From positions 1,178,001 to 1,242,000 of the forward strand of contig BROI01000001.1 in the NCBI GenBank assembly GCA_027923505.1: a DNA stretch of 64,000 nt, in the 5' to 3' direction. The position numbers and the translations under genes were made by a program. A model generated the notes under the pieces. It was not told the DNA's origin. It did no database searches and saw only the letters and a program-made list of their open reading frames with translations. Below, one piece after another: positions 60,401-64,000 of the stretch. Within the stretch, counting starts at the first letter, position 1. Every line of letters starts with the position of its first letter. The stretch is from Mayamaea pseudoterrestris (Eukaryota).

Positions 60401-62065
60401 ACTCAGGGCATACAGACGCCTTTAATGATGCCCCATACATGTCTTGGTTACCTTCCAATGGAGCTCCAGGATTTGGGTCCGGCTCCATTGTGGGGCATGG
60501 GTTTGTTGCCCAAGCACATCATAATTGTAACCACACAGGCACCACTGACATTTCATCACTTTGAGCACTCTGGCTGGACTCAGGGCATTCAGACGCCTTT
60601 AATGATGCCCCATACATGTCTTGGTTACCTTCCAATGGAGCTCCAGGATTTGGGTGCGGCTCCAGGGGCATGGGTGTGACATACGCACCGGCACAGCAAG
60701 CACCTTAGCCGCCCAGGGCCAAACACCGGATGCGCCAACATCCACTTTGGCACTCGGGCGCTACAAGATGGGCTCTTGGCTGGTCTCAGGGGCATGGGTA
60801 GTTGGTGCCACAACAAGGAAAATTGTAACCAGACAAGCACCACTGACATTTCATCACTTTGAGCACTCTGGCTGGACTCAGGGCATACAGACGCCTTTAA
60901 TGATGCCCCATACATGTCTTGGTTACCTTCCAATGGAGCTCCAGGATTTGGGTGCGGCTCCAGGGGCATGGGTTTGTTGCCGCAACACAGGAAAATTGTA
61001 ACCACACAGGCACCACTGACATTTCATCACTTTGAGCACTCTGGCTGGACTCAGGGCATACAGACGCCTTTAATGATGCCCCATACATGTCTTGGTTACC
61101 TTCCAATGGAGCTCCAGGATTTGGGTGCGGCTCCGGGGCGTGGGTTTGTTGCCGCAACACAGGAAAATTGTAACCACACATGCACCACTGACATTTCATC
61201 ACTTTGAGCACTCTGGCTGGACTCAGGGCATACAGACGCCTTTAATGATGCCCCCACATACCTTCCAATGGACAGCAGCCCAAATGTAACCACACAGGCA
61301 CCACTGACACACGAGCACTCTCGGACTCACATAGAGCGCCTACAATGCTTGGGCGCTCCAGGATGGCGGTGTCCAGGGGAGGCAAGTTTGGTGACACAAA
61401 ATTGTAACCACACAGGCACCACTGACATTTCATCACTTTGAGCACTCTGGCTGGACTCAGGGCATACAGACGCCTTTAATGATGCCCCATACATGTCTTG
61501 GTTACCTTCCAATGGAGCTCCAGGATTTGGGTGCGGCTCCAGATGTGGCGCAACACAGGAAAATTGTAACCACACAGGCACCACTGACATTTCATCACTT
61601 TGAGCACTCTGGCCGGACTCAGAGCATACAGACGCCTTTAATGATGCCCCATACATGTCTTGGTACTTTGCCTCAGGTGGAGGCATGGGTTTGTTGCCGC
61701 ACAGAAACTTGTCACCACATTTCATCACTTGAGCACTCTGGCGCCGCAGATGCCGTGACTTAAACGCCCCTACAGCCCTTCAAGCTCCGGATGAGGGGCA
61801 TGGGTTTGTTGCCGCAACACAGGAAAATTGTAACCACACAGGCACCACTGACATTTCATCACTTTGAGCACTCTGGCTGGACTCAGGGCATACCGACGCC
61901 TTTAATGATGCCCCATACATGTCTGATTTACCTTCCAATGGAGCTCCAAGATTTGGGTGCGGCTCCAGGGGCATGGGTTTGTTGCCGCAACACAGGAAAA
62001 TTGTAACCACACAGGCACCACTGACATATCATCACTTTGAGCACTCTGGCCGTAAATTGTAACCA
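57495..62065 (+). repeat. Satellite B: tandem 173-bp array (~26 monomer lengths; homogeneous to ~60.5 kb, mosaic afterwards)
   Basis: Identical short ORFs recur every 173 bp. Monomer atacatgtcttggttaccttccaatggagctccagg...tttaatgatgcccc. Confidence 0.97.
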
Positions 62066-64000
62066 TGCCCAAAATGCACCGTAATAGTGCCAACATCATT
62101 AATCAGGCTGCACTACAAGATGGTAGTCTTGGCTGTAGTCTCAGGGGATGGCAATGTATTTGGTGACAACTTGTCACCAGTCTCAGCCCGCAGATGCCGT
62201 GACATTCAAACACCCCTACAGCAAGCCCTGTAGGTGCCCAAAATGCACCGTAATGGTGCCAACATGATTAATCAGGCTGCGCTACAAGATGGTAGTCTTG
62301 GCTGTTGTCTCAGGGGATGGCAATGTATTTGGTGACAACTTGTCACCAGTCTCAGCCCGCAGATGCCGTGACATTCAAACGCCCCTACAGCAAGCCCTGT
62401 AGGTGCCCAAAATGCACCAGAATGGTGCCAACATCATTATTCAGGCTGCGCTACAAGATGGTAGTCTTGGCTGGTGTCTCAGGGGATGGCAATGTATTTG
62501 GTGACAACTTGTCACCAGTCTCAGCCCGCAGATGCTGTGACATTCAAATACCCCTAAAGCAAGCCCTGTAGGTGCCCAAAATGCACCAGAATGGTGCCAA
62601 CATCATTATTTAAGCTGCGCTACAAGATAGTAGTCTTGGCTGGTGTCTCAGGGGATGGCAATGTATTTGGTGACAACTTGTCACCAGTCTCAGCCCGCAG
62701 ATGCCGTGACATTCAAATACCCCTACAGCAAGCCCTGTAGGTGCCCAAAATGCACCAGAATGGTGCCAACATCATTATTAAGGCTGCGCTACAAGATGGT
62801 AGTCTTGGCTGGTGTCTCAGGGGATGGCAATGTATTTGGTGACAACTTGTCACCAGTCTCAGCCCGCAGATGCCGTGACATTCAAATACCCCTAAAGCAA
62901 GCCCTGTAGGTGCCCAAAATGCACCAGAATGGTGCCAACATCTTTATTCAGGCTGCGCTACAAGATGATAGGCTTGGCTGGTGTCTCAGGGGATGGCAAT
63001 GTATTTGGTGACAACTTGTCAACAGTCTCAGCCCGCAGATGCCGTGACATACAAACACCCCTACAGCAAGCCCTGTAGGTGCCCAAAATACACCAGAATG
63101 GTGCCAACATCCTTATTCAGGCTGCGCTACAAGATGGTAGTCTTGGCTGGTGTCTCAGGGGACGGCAATGTGTTTGGTGACAACTTGTCACCAGTCTCAG
63201 CCCGCAGATGCCGTGACATTCAAACACCCCTACAGCAAGCCCTGTAGGTGCCCAAAATACACCAGAATGGTGCCAACATCCTTATTCAGGCTGCGCTACA
63301 AGATGGTAGTCTTGGCTGGTGTCTCAGGGGACGGCAATGTGTTTGGTGACAACTTGTCACCAGTCTCAGCCCGCAGATGCCGTGACATTCAAACACCCCT
63401 ACAGCAAGCCCTGTAGGTGCCCAAAATACACCAGAATGGTGCCAGCAACACTGTTCTGGCTGCGCTACAAGATGGTAGTCTTGGCTGGTGTCTCAGGGGA
63501 TGGCAATGTATTTGGTGACAACTTGTCACCAGTCTTAGCCCACCGATGCCGTGACATTCAAACGCCTCTACAGCAAGCCCTGTAGGTGCCAAAAATACAC
63601 CAGAATGGTGACAACATCCTTATTCAGGCTGCGCTACAAGATGGTAGTCTTGGCTGGTGTCTCAGGGGATGGCAATGTATTTGGTGACAACTTGTCACCA
63701 GTCTCAGCCCGCAGATGCCATGAAATTCAAACGCCCCTACCGCAAGCCCTGTAGGTGCCCAAAATACACCAGAATGGTGTCAACATCATTAATCCGGCTG
63801 CGCTACAAGATGGTAGGCTTGGCTGGTGTCTCAGGGGATGGCAATGTATTTGGTGACAACTTGTCACCAGTCTCATCCCGTAGATGCCATGACATTCAAG
63901 CACCCCTACAGCAAGCCCTGTAGGTGCCCAAAATACACCAGAATGGTGCCAACATCCTTATTCAGGCGGCGCAATAATATGGTAGGCTTGGCTGGTGTCT
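62066..64000 (+). repeat. Satellite C: tandem 169-bp array (~11 copies, continues beyond window)
   Basis: Monomer ...gcgctacaagatggtagtcttggctggtgtctcaggggatggcaatgtatttggtgacaacttgtcacca... recurs every 169 bp (e.g. ORF starts 62981, 63150, 63319). Confidence 0.97.

Noticed and set aside
57499..63923. Dozens of repeated 86-93 aa ORFs
   Set aside because: By-products of satellite periodicity. Monomer lengths 173 and 169 are not multiples of 3, many starts are non-ATG, and there are no recognisable domains.
47894..64000. CRISPR array interpretation of the periodic repeats
   Set aside because: Whole monomers are repeated with no unique spacers, there are no cas genes, and the context is eukaryotic.
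47894..64000. Hammerhead-ribozyme satellite, or 5S rRNA/tRNA/spliced-leader tandem array
   Set aside because: No CTGANGA...GAAA core with flanking stems, no 5S or tRNA consensus and no pol III box/terminator layout seen by eye. An Infernal/Rfam scan would be definitive.
63900..64000. Telomere at the window end
   Set aside because: No short telomeric repeat (e.g. TTAGGG-like) is present; satellite C simply continues.

Overview
Eukaryotic genomic DNA, most likely a diatom or other stramenopile. This is an inference from compact genes, short 70-175 bp GT-AG introns, a diatom-type copia RT and lineage-specific protein families. Bases 1-45,000 are gene-dense. They hold purH/ATIC, a GON4L-like Myb protein, an LRR protein, a ~2,500-aa repeat-rich membrane-anchored protein and a CxxxxC/HG Zn-finger protein. 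They also hold an ankyrin-CCCH-RRM protein, a GNAT-PhzF fusion, a zeta-toxin-like P-loop kinase, an atypical protein kinase and a degenerate kinesin. From ~45.3 kb the window switches abruptly to a gene-free repeat domain. In order it contains eroded 169-bp satellite monomers, a copia 5' LTR with gag-protease, and a 172+180-bp dimeric (352-bp higher-order) satellite array. These are followed by the RT-RNaseH half of an apparently different copia family, a LINE-like RNase H fragment, a 173-bp satellite array and a hairpin-rich 169-bp satellite array that runs off the window end. The three nucleosome-length satellites share motifs and look like a candidate satellite-type centromere or pericentromere (or a subtelomere). 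Parts of the repeat domain may be collapsed or error-prone assembly.
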